From an uncultured Solirubrobacterales bacterium (GTDB lineage: Bacteria; Actinomycetota; Thermoleophilia; Solirubrobacterales; 70-9): a stretch of DNA of 24,000 bases. The notes under the pieces are model-generated. The model ran no database searches. It had not been told where the DNA came from and saw nothing but the letters and a program-made list of their open reading frames with translations. Both the position numbers and the translations under genes were made by a program. The DNA is taken from contig CAVURM010000002.1 in assembly GCA_963743875.1 (NCBI GenBank), positions 84,740 to 108,739 on the forward strand. The letters run 5' to 3'. Shown in pieces: positions 1 to 8,101 of this stretch. Position 1 is the first letter of the stretch; every line of letters starts with the position of its first letter.

Positions 1-361
1 CCTTGATCGCGGTCTCGACGGCTTCGGCGCCGGTATTCATCGGCAGGACCCGTTGCTGTGAGCACATGTCGGCGAGGCGGTGACAGAACTCGCCGAGCTG
101 GTCGTTGCGGAAGGCGCGGCTGGTCAGCGTGAGCCGATCGAGCTGCTCGTGGGCGACCGCGACCAACCGCGGATGCCGGTGGCCGAAGTTCAGCGCCGAG
201 TAGGCGGAGAGCGCGTCGAAGTAGCGACGTCCATCGATGTCCTCGACCCAGGAGCCCTCGCCGCGGCTGATGACCACCGGAAGGGGGTCGTAATTGCCGA
301 CGCCGTACTCCTCCTCGAGGCGTGCAGGATCCTGGATCGTGCTCACGAGGGCGTTATCCAT
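1..361 (-). CDS. rocD: Ornithine--oxo-acid aminotransferase (class-III PLP aminotransferase). Only the N-terminal ~120 codons are present; the gene continues past the window start.
   Basis: Absent from the ORF track because it runs off the edge. Reverse-strand translation from the ATG at 361 gives MDNALVSTIQDPARLEEEYGVGNYDPLPVVISRGEGSWVEDIDGRRYFDALSAYSALNFGHRHPRLVAVAHEQLDRLTLTSRAFRNDQLGEF..LPMNTGAEAVETAIK. From memory this follows the RocD/OAT N-terminus block by block (NY.PLP, LSAYSA.N.GHRHP, LTSRAF.NDQLG, PMNTGAEAVE). Confidence 0.85.
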   Translation of the reverse strand, partial: MDNALVSTIQDPARLEEEYGVGNYDPLPVVISRGEGSWVEDIDGRRYFDALSAYSALNFGHRHPRLVAVAHEQLDRLTLTSRAFRNDQLGEFCHRLADMCSQQRVLPMNTGAEAVETAIK

Positions 362-465
362 GGGACCTCGCGCATATGCAGCTCGATGCTTATCGGATAC
401 CTCCGGGCGGCTCGCGTTGGGGGCAGGCTACCGCCGATCGGGCCGCGGAACCGTCGATGGCGCCT

Positions 466-1803
466 CTAGGAATTGCACCCGGGGCTCTGGAACTCCGCCT
501 CGGAGGTGTAGGTCCCCTTCGGGTAGTAGGGCCCCATGATGTCCTGCTCATCGCCGGGAACCGAGGTGTTCTGCACCGCGTGCTTGAAGCTCGGGTCCGG
601 AAGCATGTTGCGGACGATCAGCAGCCCGTCGAGCAGGTGGCCGTCGCCATCTCCCGCCGCCGGCCACGGGATGAAGGCGACCCCGCATTTCTTGCGGGCG
701 GTCTCCGGGCGGTCGGCCGGCAGGCTGGTGACGATCGTGTAACGCCTCTTCGCGTCGGTCGGAATCTGTTCGTCGTAGACGCAGCCGGCGCCCCTGGTCG
801 TAAAGAGCGACTCGTTCTGACAGATCGACCAGTACCTCATCTGGCCTTCCTGCATCTTCCCCCGGCCGTCCAACGTCCTCGGGGTCCTCGGCAGCTTGCC
901 CCTGAGCACGAGCACGTCCCCGAAGCCACGACTGACCAATGAGGAGACATAGTTGTTGTCGATGTTGCTGTACTGGCCGCCCACCCGCTCCGGCGTTCCA
1001 GCGCAGTTGCCCTGGTAGGAGCAGCTGATTGTGAACCCGGTGCTGTAGTAGGCCCTGAAGACCGGCGAATCATTGGCCGGAAACGTCTCGGGCTTGCCCG
1101 GCTGATCGCGGAGGCTCTCGTACAGGGTCTCGGGGAGGAGCGTCAGCGGCAGCCGTTCCCTGGTCGACTGGACCGCGTTGCAGGCGGAGGCGCCGGTCAT
1201 CGTCGTGCCGTCGGCGAGCTTCAGCTCGGGCCTGGGCAGGCCGACACCGCCGGTCAGGTCCTCGCCCTTGTCGGGGAGGTAGACCCGATAGATCAGTCGC
1301 TGTTGGTCCTGGCCCTCAACGCCGGCGTAGAGCGTGTTCGGCCGTCGATCGGCGCTGTCGAGCGGGACCGGAGTGGGAAGTATCCGCGCCACGTAGTCGC
1401 GCTTGCGAGCGTCTCGATTCGCGCCCCTGAGGAAGGGGTTCTGCGAGCCCTTCGAGGGCTGGGTGTTCAGGTCGTTGAGCGCGTCGGTCGGGGCCGCATC
1501 GCTGCCGTAGGAATTGAGCGACTGATAGCGGGCGTGGGTGAACTTGCCGTTCAGCTTCAGCACCGACCCGGCCGGTATCTCGATCTGCGATGACCAGTAG
1601 ACGGCACCCGCATCGGGAAACGCGAAGTTGCTCTCCGCGCTCAGGTCATTCCCGGCCGCAGGACCCAGCCACAGGCAGTTGCTCAGCCTGTGCTCCTGGC
1701 GCTTGGCCGCCGAAGCCTCGCTGACCCCAAGACCAACGAACGCAGCCACGGCCGCGAAGGTGGTGAGCAATCCGACCGCACGGCCGGCTGATCCCGGTTT
1801 CAT
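466..1803 (-). CDS. Secreted hypothetical protein (~445 aa), family not recognised
   Basis: The track ORF is 466..1842. I prefer the internal ATG at 1803, which is preceded by GAGGGAGAG with a 6-nt spacer. The N-terminus MKPGSAGRAVGLLTTFAAVAAFVGLGVSEASA is a classic signal peptide. The ORF is long with strong GC3 bias and several Cys pairs. Confidence 0.75.
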   Translation of the reverse strand: MKPGSAGRAVGLLTTFAAVAAFVGLGVSEASAAKRQEHRLSNCLWLGPAAGNDLSAESNFAFPDAGAVYWSSQIEIPAGSVLKLNGKFTHARYQSLNSYGSDAAPTDALNDLNTQPSKGSQNPFLRGANRDARKRDYVARILPTPVPLDSADRRPNTLYAGVEGQDQQRLIYRVYLPDKGEDLTGGVGLPRPELKLADGTTMTGASACNAVQSTRERLPLTLLPETLYESLRDQPGKPETFPANDSPVFRAYYSTGFTISCSYQGNCAGTPERVGGQYSNIDNNYVSSLVSRGFGDVLVLRGKLPRTPRTLDGRGKMQEGQMRYWSICQNESLFTTRGAGCVYDEQIPTDAKRRYTIVTSLPADRPETARKKCGVAFIPWPAAGDGDGHLLDGLLIVRNMLPDPSFKHAVQNTSVPGDEQDIMGPYYPKGTYTSEAEFQSPGCNS

Positions 1804-1905
1804 CAACGTCTCTCCCTCAATCTCGCTGGTCGGGCAGCGCACCGCGTCCGGTGTCGTCCAGGAATCCGAAAGGTAGCTGGAATCCCTCGCCGTGGTGTCA
1901 GCAGA

Positions 1906-2694
1906 TCATCGGCCCTGGCTTTGGTCAACGAGGTCGCGGAGCTGGTGAGCGGGGGTGAAGAAGTTGCGATAAGCGAGCGTGGTCGAGACGAGGGCTGAGA
2001 TCGCGACGGCACCAAGCAGCACGTAGAGGAGGATCAGCTGCAGGCGGACGGCGTCGACCGGGTCAGCGCCGGCGAGCAGCATGCCCACCATCGTGCCGGG
2101 GAAGAAGATCAGCCCCGTCGTCTTCGTCGAGTCCACCAGGGCGATCGTGCCGGAGCGCAGCGCCCGCCTGACGCTGGGCTCGGCCGCTTGCCGGGAGGTC
2201 GCCCCGAGCGCCAACGTCGCCTCGATCCGCAGCGCCTGCCCCCGCATCTCGTCGCCGAGCCGGTCCAGCGCCACCGCCGAGGCCGTCATCGCGTTGCCGA
2301 TCACCATCCCGCCGACCGGGACCAGATAGCGGGGCGTCGCCGGGAAGATTCCGAGGACGAGCACGAGGCCGAGCGTCGCCGCCGCCGAGAGGGCCAGGGC
2401 GATCAGCAGCGGTCCGATGGCTCCAGGCACATGGCGCGCCCGAGCCCGCGCCGTGAAGGCGCCGAAGCCGACCATGACCGCAAGCAGTGCGAGTACCAGC
2501 AGCAGGCTGTCGACATCGAAGATCGCCGTGATCACGAATCCGATCGCGGTCAGCTGCACGAAGCTGCGCAGCACCGCGATCCCGATGTCGGCCTCGAGCC
2601 CGGCCCGCCGCCAGCGCGAGATCGCCACGGCGACCGCGACCAGCACCAACGATGCGGCGACCTCGCCGACGCTCACGTCGATGCCGCCGCTCAC
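1906..2694 (-). CDS. fetB: ABC exporter permease, FetB/YbbM (UPF0014) family
   Basis: The 262-aa polytopic membrane protein has blocks typical of the YbbM/FetB family (RSFVQLTAIGFV, VPVGGMVIGNAMTA, ALVDSTKTTGLIFFPGTMVGMLLAG). Its GTG start overlaps the upstream ATPase stop (GTGA at 2691-2694). Confidence 0.85.
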   Translation of the reverse strand: MSGGIDVSVGEVAASLVLVAVAVAISRWRRAGLEADIGIAVLRSFVQLTAIGFVITAIFDVDSLLLVLALLAVMVGFGAFTARARARHVPGAIGPLLIALALSAAATLGLVLVLGIFPATPRYLVPVGGMVIGNAMTASAVALDRLGDEMRGQALRIEATLALGATSRQAAEPSVRRALRSGTIALVDSTKTTGLIFFPGTMVGMLLAGADPVDAVRLQLILLYVLLGAVAISALVSTTLAYRNFFTPAHQLRDLVDQSQGR

Positions 2695-3347
2695 GCCAGC
2701 ACCTCCGCGGCTGACCCCTCGACCACGAGGCGTCCCTCATCGACCCTCACGATCCAGTCAGCGAGCCGGGACGCCTGCGCGGGGTCGTGGGTGACGATCA
2801 CGATTGACGCGCCGAGCCGCCGCCGCAGGTCGACGACGGTGCGCTCGATCGAGTCGCGCGCGCTCTCGTCGAGCGCCGACGTCGGCTCGTCGAGGAGCAG
2901 GACCTCGGGGTTGGTCGCGAGCGCCCGGGCGATCATCGCCCGCTGCTGCTCTCCCACCGACAGACGCTCGACGTTCCGATCGGCGAATGAACTGTCCAGC
3001 CCGGCGAGGCCGAGGAGCCGGTCGAGGTCCGGCTCGCGGTCGGTGAGGCCGGCGGCGAAGCGGAGGTTGTCCGCGACCGTGACGTCGAGCAGCGCCGGTA
3101 GCTGCGGTACGAGTGCGACCTCGCGCCGAAGCTGCAGCGGGTCGAGCTCGCGGGCGTCGATCCCGCGGAACCGCACGACCCCGTGCTCGGGGTCGGAGAG
3201 CCGATTGAGCAGCCGGAGCATCGTGGACTTACCTGATCCCGAGGGGCCGACGACGGCGCTGACCCCTTCCGGGAGCTGCGCCGAGAGCCCCTCCAGGACC
3301 GTCTCGCCACCGCGGCTCAGGGACACCCGCTCGAGTTCGAACAGCAT
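2691..3347 (-). CDS. fetA: ABC transporter ATP-binding protein, FetA/YbbL type
   Basis: Walker A GPSGSGKST, ABC signature LSVGEQQR, Walker B LLLDEPTSALD and the H-loop VTHD are present. I chose the start at internal ATG 3347 (MLFELERVSL..). The 44 codons upstream in the track ORF look non-coding. Confidence 0.9.
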   Translation of the reverse strand: MLFELERVSLSRGGETVLEGLSAQLPEGVSAVVGPSGSGKSTMLRLLNRLSDPEHGVVRFRGIDARELDPLQLRREVALVPQLPALLDVTVADNLRFAAGLTDREPDLDRLLGLAGLDSSFADRNVERLSVGEQQRAMIARALATNPEVLLLDEPTSALDESARDSIERTVVDLRRRLGASIVIVTHDPAQASRLADWIVRVDEGRLVVEGSAAEVLA

Positions 3348-3362
3348 TGGGCCATTATCGGG

Positions 3363-3385
3363 CCTCGGTCGTTGTCGGACCGAGG
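3363..3385. promoter_or_regulatory. Perfect 8-bp stem-loop (CCTCGGTC-7 nt-GACCGAGG) in the divergent fetA / lysyl-oxidase-like intergenic region
   Basis: Read directly from the sequence. It lies 16 nt upstream of the fetA ATG on the fetA strand. A second 8-bp inverted repeat, ATCCCTGG (3412-3419) / CCAGGGAT (3443-3450), lies in the same spacer. Confidence 0.25.
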
Positions 3386-3494
3386 GCTGAAATCGCTCAG
3401 CTGCCTGCCGGATCCCTGGGCCGATCTTCTTTCGCCGCCCATCCAGGGATAGGATCGATGCGCAGGAGCTCGGGGTCACTGATCGGAGAATTCC

Positions 3495-4328
3495 TTGCCG
3501 GCTCGAAAGTCATTGATCGCAGCGGGGGCCCTGTCGGCCTGCCTGGCGGCGGTGGGGGCCTCGGTCGCAGTGGCGCCCCCGGCTTCGTCTCACGGAACCG
3601 ATCGCCATCCGGTGGCCAAGGACAACCCGTGCGCCACTCCGAAGATCCGCAAGGAGCGCGGCCTGCTCTGCCCCGACCTGGCGATGTCGAGGCCCGCCGA
3701 TCTCTACGGAGACAAGGATGAGGGCGTCCGCGTGTTGCGTGCCACGAGCTCGATCAACAACATCGGCCGAGGCGCCGCCGAGCTTCACGGCAGGCGGACC
3801 GGCCGGCTGAGCATGAAGGCGGAGCAGCGCGTCCACAAGAAGGGTGGCGGCCTGGCGCGCTTCGGCACCCACGCGGAGCTTCGCTTCAAGTCGATTCCCG
3901 GACAGGGCCGGTATTGGAAGTTCGACAACGCCGCCCGCTTCGAGCTTTGGAGCCTCGATCGCGACGGCCGCAGAAAGCGCTTGGTGACCACCGGGGAGAA
4001 GCAGGTCTACTGCCTCCGCGACCTCGTACACACAAGGCCCGGCATCCCACACTCGCCGTCGGGTGAGGTCTATCCGGGATGCAGCCAGAACCCGAACCGC
4101 CGCCACGTGACGCTCGGGACCAGCGTCGGCTGGTCCGACATCTACCCCGCGAGCTACTACGAGCAGTACGTGAAGCTCAACAGGATCCGCGGTCGAGGCT
4201 GCTACTCGCTCGTCCACATAGCCGACCCGAGGAACAAGATCCTCGAGCTCGATGAGAGGAACAACAGTGCGTCGAGGGACGTCTACCTGACCGCTCACGG
4301 CCGCTACCGGCCCGGGCACGATTGCTGA
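3495..4328 (+). CDS. Secreted lysyl-oxidase-like domain protein that lacks the copper-ligand His triad
   Basis: TTG start preceded by GGAG with a 6-nt spacer. Signal peptide MPARKSLIAAGALSACLAAVGASVAVA. The C-terminal ~200 aa follow the block order of the LOX catalytic domain as I recall it (see finding). The alignment was done by eye only. Confidence 0.7.
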   Translation: MPARKSLIAAGALSACLAAVGASVAVAPPASSHGTDRHPVAKDNPCATPKIRKERGLLCPDLAMSRPADLYGDKDEGVRVLRATSSINNIGRGAAELHGRRTGRLSMKAEQRVHKKGGGLARFGTHAELRFKSIPGQGRYWKFDNAARFELWSLDRDGRRKRLVTTGEKQVYCLRDLVHTRPGIPHSPSGEVYPGCSQNPNRRHVTLGTSVGWSDIYPASYYEQYVKLNRIRGRGCYSLVHIADPRNKILELDERNNSASRDVYLTAHGRYRPGHDC

Positions 4329-6923
4329 CTAGCGGAGCGCGCGAACGCCGAGCGGGAAGACGTCGGTGATCACCCAGGCCTCGACCTGGTCGGGGATCTC
4401 GGTGCCGGCTGGCAGGCGCAGGTCGAGTCCGGTGATGTCGCCGCCCGAGCGCCGCAGGGTCGCCAGCCCGTTGTAGTCGAGGGGGAGCGGCCGATCGTCG
4501 GCGGCGTCGACGAGCATCACGTCGGCGGTGTGGCGCCTGGCGGCGAACTTCGCTCCGCGATCGAGGTCGAGCCGGACCTGCACCGAGCCGTCGGCCCCGG
4601 CGGTCGGTCGCTGTAACTCCACCGATCCGATCCCCACGCCCTTCGGTCGCCGGTTCGCCGGTCCGCTGTAGCCGCTGGTCAGGTAGCTGCCGGACGAGAT
4701 CAGCTTCTGATCCTGGTTGCAGAGCCCGGCGACGATCAGGGCCGCGCCCAGGTTCGGCACCTCCGGGCAGTTGACCTCGCCGTAGACGGCAGCTCCCGGG
4801 CCGACCCGTCGATCCGCGTCGAGACGGCCGCGGAACTGGAGCTGATCCAGCGGCACCGGGCCGAAGGTGAACAGAAGCTCGAAGCCTCGCTGCTCGAGGA
4901 TGATCGAGTTGCCGACGTAGCGGCCGGTCAGCGGGAAGGCGAACTCGCTCTCGGAGTCGGCGACCCGCCGCCCCTGGCCGTCCTCCTTGGAGCCCACCAC
5001 CCAGAGCAACAGCCGTCCGCGGTTGCCGTTCCCCGCCCTGGTGCGCGACAGCGTCCCCGTGATCCAGTCGTAGCTGTCGAAGCCGATCTGGTTGACCGAG
5101 GGCAGAAGCGACGGCAGCGGCAGCGCGAGCCGGCTCAGGTTGAAGGCGCCAACGCGCTTGCGGCCCGTCGTCAGCGGCAGCCTGGTGCCGTGGCGGCGCT
5201 CGGTCGTGAACCGGATCCGATCCGAGAACGAGCCGCCCCCGCCGCCCGTGTACTGGCCGGTGAGATCGACGGTGTAGTCCGTGTCGGCGTCGAGAAAGCC
5301 CCTGGGCACGATGTGGAGGTCGCGCCCGTCGGCGGAGAGCTGCGCCGTGAAGGGGAACGGCGGATCGACGCTCTCGACCAGCGACTTCGCGTCCGGGCTC
5401 GGCTGCATCCGCACGTCCTGCGTCTCACCGGCCCGGCGCACGACCAGGCGGGACGTGATCGTGGTCGCCGTCGGTAGTCGCTGCGGGTAGCCGCTGGGTT
5501 CCGTCGAGCCGCCCGCCGTGACCGGCAGGGTGCGGGTGAGATCGTCGCCGAAGCGCTCTCCCGGGTCGGTCTCGCAGCGCTGGTCGTCGCTCCGGTTGCC
5601 GAGGCAATATTCGTAGGGGACGAAGTGGAGGGATCCATCCTCGCCGCCGATCCAGATGCCCCGCTTGCCGAGCGCGGGGCTGCCGTTGAGGTCGTTGCGA
5701 TCGCGGAGCGTTCGGCTCTTCGGCGTCGTGTCGTAGGACCAGCGGCGGGAGCCGTCGCGAGCGTCGATCGCGTACAGCAGGCCGTTCGAGGAGCCGACGT
5801 AGAGGATCCGGCCGGACTCGCCCTTCGGCGGGAGGCCGAGGACCGGGGAGGAGCGGATCGCGTCGCCCGTGTCGTAGCGCCAGATCAGGTCGCCGTCGGG
5901 GTCGAGCTTGTAGATGGACCCGTCCGCGGAGGCGACGTAGATCGCGACCGTGTCGCCGGCGTCGTCTTCCTCCAGCGCCGCCGACGCGTAGATGTGGTCG
6001 CTCGTCTTGAACTTCCACCGCTCCGCGCCCGTCGCCGGGTCGAGCGCGTAGAGGTTGCCGTCGAACGATCCGATGTAGACGGTCCCGTCCCCTCCGATCG
6101 CCGCCGAGGCGGCGTTGAATCCGATCGTGAACTTGTTCCACAGCGACGCTCCGGCCGAGTCGATCCCGTAGAGGAAGGTGTCGACGGAGCCGAAGAAGAT
6201 CCGGCCGGCGTCGTCGATCGCCGCGGCCGACCAGACGGCGTTCCCGGTCGGAGAGTTCCACAGCTCCTCCCCCTCGGGGCTGATCGCGTACATGCCGCCG
6301 CCCGTGTTGCCCGCGTAGAGGACGCCGTCGGGGCCGGTGACGACGTTGCCCTCCCACCAGTTGACGATCTGCCCGCCCTGCGGGGGCTTCTCGGTCCGGA
6401 ACCGCCAGACGATCCGCTGCTTGCGGGAAAGGCCACTGCGCTCGGGGTCGCGCAGGCGGTAGATGTGCTCGTCGGCGGAGCCGAACGTCACGGTCGGCCC
6501 GCCGGCCTCGGGGTCGCGAGCACCGAGGGTCGCGGCCGAGTCGATGATCTCGCCGGTCTTCAGCTTCCAGCGCTGCTCGCCGTGGCGGTCGACGGCGTAG
6601 AAGCGACGATCGGCGGAGCCGAAGTAGGCCGTGTCATCCCCGTCGATCACCGGCGTCGAAAAGACGCCCTTGCCGGTCTTGAAGCGCCAGGGACGGGTCC
6701 CTGTGTGGTAGCGGGCGCGCAGCGGCGAGGATCCGGTGTTGCGGCGGTCCCGGCGCATCGCCGGCCACGGCGAGCTCTTCATGACGGGGGTGTCGTAGCT
6801 GAACGTCCGCGTCGCCCGGGCGCGATCGGGGGCCGCGGCGAGCGTGACGAGCAGCGCCCAGGCGGCGGCGACGGTCACGATCAGGATCGAACGGCGGCCG
6901 ACAGCGTTCACGTTGCCGATCAT
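4329..6923 (-). CDS. Secreted PQQ-like (BamB-type) beta-propeller repeat protein with a ~400-aa uncharacterised C-terminal region
   Basis: 864 aa with an N-terminal signal/TM segment (RRSILIVTVAAAWALLVTLAAAP). It carries many repeats of the PQQ-propeller pattern (FYAVDRHGEQRWKLKTG, MYAISPEGEELWNSPTG, LYGIDSAGASLWN, LYALDPATGAERWKFKT, IYKLDPDGDLIWRYDTG, LYAIDARDGSRRWSYDT). Confidence 0.85.
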   Translation of the reverse strand: MIGNVNAVGRRSILIVTVAAAWALLVTLAAAPDRARATRTFSYDTPVMKSSPWPAMRRDRRNTGSSPLRARYHTGTRPWRFKTGKGVFSTPVIDGDDTAYFGSADRRFYAVDRHGEQRWKLKTGEIIDSAATLGARDPEAGGPTVTFGSADEHIYRLRDPERSGLSRKQRIVWRFRTEKPPQGGQIVNWWEGNVVTGPDGVLYAGNTGGGMYAISPEGEELWNSPTGNAVWSAAAIDDAGRIFFGSVDTFLYGIDSAGASLWNKFTIGFNAASAAIGGDGTVYIGSFDGNLYALDPATGAERWKFKTSDHIYASAALEEDDAGDTVAIYVASADGSIYKLDPDGDLIWRYDTGDAIRSSPVLGLPPKGESGRILYVGSSNGLLYAIDARDGSRRWSYDTTPKSRTLRDRNDLNGSPALGKRGIWIGGEDGSLHFVPYEYCLGNRSDDQRCETDPGERFGDDLTRTLPVTAGGSTEPSGYPQRLPTATTITSRLVVRRAGETQDVRMQPSPDAKSLVESVDPPFPFTAQLSADGRDLHIVPRGFLDADTDYTVDLTGQYTGGGGGSFSDRIRFTTERRHGTRLPLTTGRKRVGAFNLSRLALPLPSLLPSVNQIGFDSYDWITGTLSRTRAGNGNRGRLLLWVVGSKEDGQGRRVADSESEFAFPLTGRYVGNSIILEQRGFELLFTFGPVPLDQLQFRGRLDADRRVGPGAAVYGEVNCPEVPNLGAALIVAGLCNQDQKLISSGSYLTSGYSGPANRRPKGVGIGSVELQRPTAGADGSVQVRLDLDRGAKFAARRHTADVMLVDAADDRPLPLDYNGLATLRRSGGDITGLDLRLPAGTEIPDQVEAWVITDVFPLGVRALR

Positions 6924-6967
6924 CGCACGGATCCGGATCAGATCCGACCGCTCCGCGAGGCGAACGG

Positions 6968-7258
6968 TCAGCGATTGGCGGCCGGCGAGTCGCTCGAACG
7001 TCCGTCGACGATCGCGAGGACTGCCACCAGGTCACGGTCTGGGTAGAACCGATAGATGACGATCATCCAGCGCCACGGGCCAAGCAGGAATCTGCGACCG
7101 GCGAGTGCTCCAGCGAGGGGCGCTCCAAGCTCCGGGAAGTCCTCGAGTGGCAGCAGTGAGCGCTGGACCCGCGCGACCGTGTGATCAGGGAGCTGGTGGC
7201 TGCGGATCAGCGCCTGAAGCTCGGCGGCCGCGGCTTCGGTCACGACCACTCGCGCCAT
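6968..7258 (-). CDS. Type II toxin, ParE/RelE family
   Basis: 96 aa. The pattern ..LEDFPELGAPLAGALAGRRFLLGPWRWMIVIYRFYPDRDLVAVLAIVDGRSS is the typical ParE/RelE C-terminal core. It starts 6 nt after a small upstream ORF on the same strand. Confidence 0.8.
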   Translation of the reverse strand: MARVVVTEAAAAELQALIRSHQLPDHTVARVQRSLLPLEDFPELGAPLAGALAGRRFLLGPWRWMIVIYRFYPDRDLVAVLAIVDGRSSDSPAANR

Positions 7259-7264
7259 TCGCCG

Positions 7265-7471
7265 CTAGAGATCTCGCAGCTCGACGACCGCTTCGGACGC
7301 CACCTCGTCCTCGGCCCGATCGAGCCGGGCCGGGAGGCCGGGGATGCCCTCGAGGATGTCGGTGATGGATTCGGCGTCAGGGTCGGATTCATCGATCGCT
7401 GCCGAGAGCAGCGATCGAGCCAAGGTTCCATCGGGAACGTGGGCGCGGTCGCACCCGAACTCCGCCGGCAC
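7265..7471 (-). CDS. Putative cognate antitoxin; the start is uncertain and may be disrupted
   Basis: Position immediately upstream of the toxin. The C-terminus ESITDILEGIPGLPARLDRAEDEVASEAVVELRDL resembles the toxin-binding tails of Phd/YefM-type antitoxins. The first canonical in-frame start is GTG 7471, but a strong AGGGAGG plus ATG at 7490 lies one base out of frame (see finding). Confidence 0.5.
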   Translation of the reverse strand: MPAEFGCDRAHVPDGTLARSLLSAAIDESDPDAESITDILEGIPGLPARLDRAEDEVASEAVVELRDL

Positions 7472-7515
7472 CGCGCCGCAGACGCTACATTCGAGCCTCC
7501 CTAACCTTCATCGGC

Positions 7516-8088
7516 ATGAGGGATATCTTCGGTCCACCGCTGCGGGCGGCAGCGTTCACCGCCTTCCTCGCGGGGGTGGCGTGGCTCTTCCTCAAGCCGC
7601 CGTCGATGGACGGAGCCGTCGGCCTGCTGACCATCCTGGCGGCCGTCGTGGTGATCGTGTTCGTGACCGCGTGGATCACCGCGTCCCTGGTCGGCAAGGA
7701 GATGTCTGAGGCGGAGTTTCAGCGCCTCGCCGATCGCAGTGACGCGCTCGCTTCGCTGCCGCCGCCCGATCAGCCGCCGAGCGAGTTCGACGAGCTCGTC
7801 ATCGAGGCCCTTGACGACCTGCCGGAGGAGTTCCGAGAGGTGCTGAAGACAACGCCGGTCACGGTCTCCAATCGCGGTCACGAGTTCCACGCCTACGGCC
7901 ACTACATCGGCGGCACGGTCGCCCGCGACAGCTACGCCGACCACATCGTCGTCTACCGGGACACCCTCGAGCGGGATTTCGGTCACGACCCCGAGCTGCT
8001 CCGGGCGCAGGTCGTCCGTACGGTCCGGCACGAGCTCGCCCACCACCTGGGCTGGGATGAGCGCGGGGTCCGCGACCTCGGCCTCTGA
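7516..8088 (+). CDS. Membrane-anchored zincin-like metallopeptidase family protein (Zincin_1/DUF1025 type)
   Basis: 190 aa with two N-terminal hydrophobic helices (AAAFTAFLAGVAWLFL, LLTILAAVVVIVFVTAWITASLV). The C-terminal domain ends in VRHELAHHLGWDERGVRDLGL, the HExxH-type motif characteristic of this small peptidase family. Confidence 0.8.
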   Translation: MRDIFGPPLRAAAFTAFLAGVAWLFLKPPSMDGAVGLLTILAAVVVIVFVTAWITASLVGKEMSEAEFQRLADRSDALASLPPPDQPPSEFDELVIEALDDLPEEFREVLKTTPVTVSNRGHEFHAYGHYIGGTVARDSYADHIVVYRDTLERDFGHDPELLRAQVVRTVRHELAHHLGWDERGVRDLGL

Positions 8089-8101
8089 CGACCGATACGG
8101 C

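Noticed and set aside
2063-3390. ORFs 2063..2740 (-), 2188..3390 (+), 2417..2794 (+) and 2933..3310 (-), all overlapping fetA/fetB
   Set aside because: They lie in alternative frames of two genes with unambiguous ABC and permease motifs, and their translations are Arg/Ser/Pro-rich with no motifs.
5625-7046. 473-aa plus-strand ORF, together with the other long ORFs at 5425..6357 and 5885..6436 that overlap the beta-propeller gene
   Set aside because: These are antisense or alternative-frame ORFs relative to a motif-rich 864-aa gene. Their composition is Arg/Gly/Asp/Pro/Val low-complexity with no recognisable motif. This is the usual stop-codon-poor artefact of high-GC DNA.
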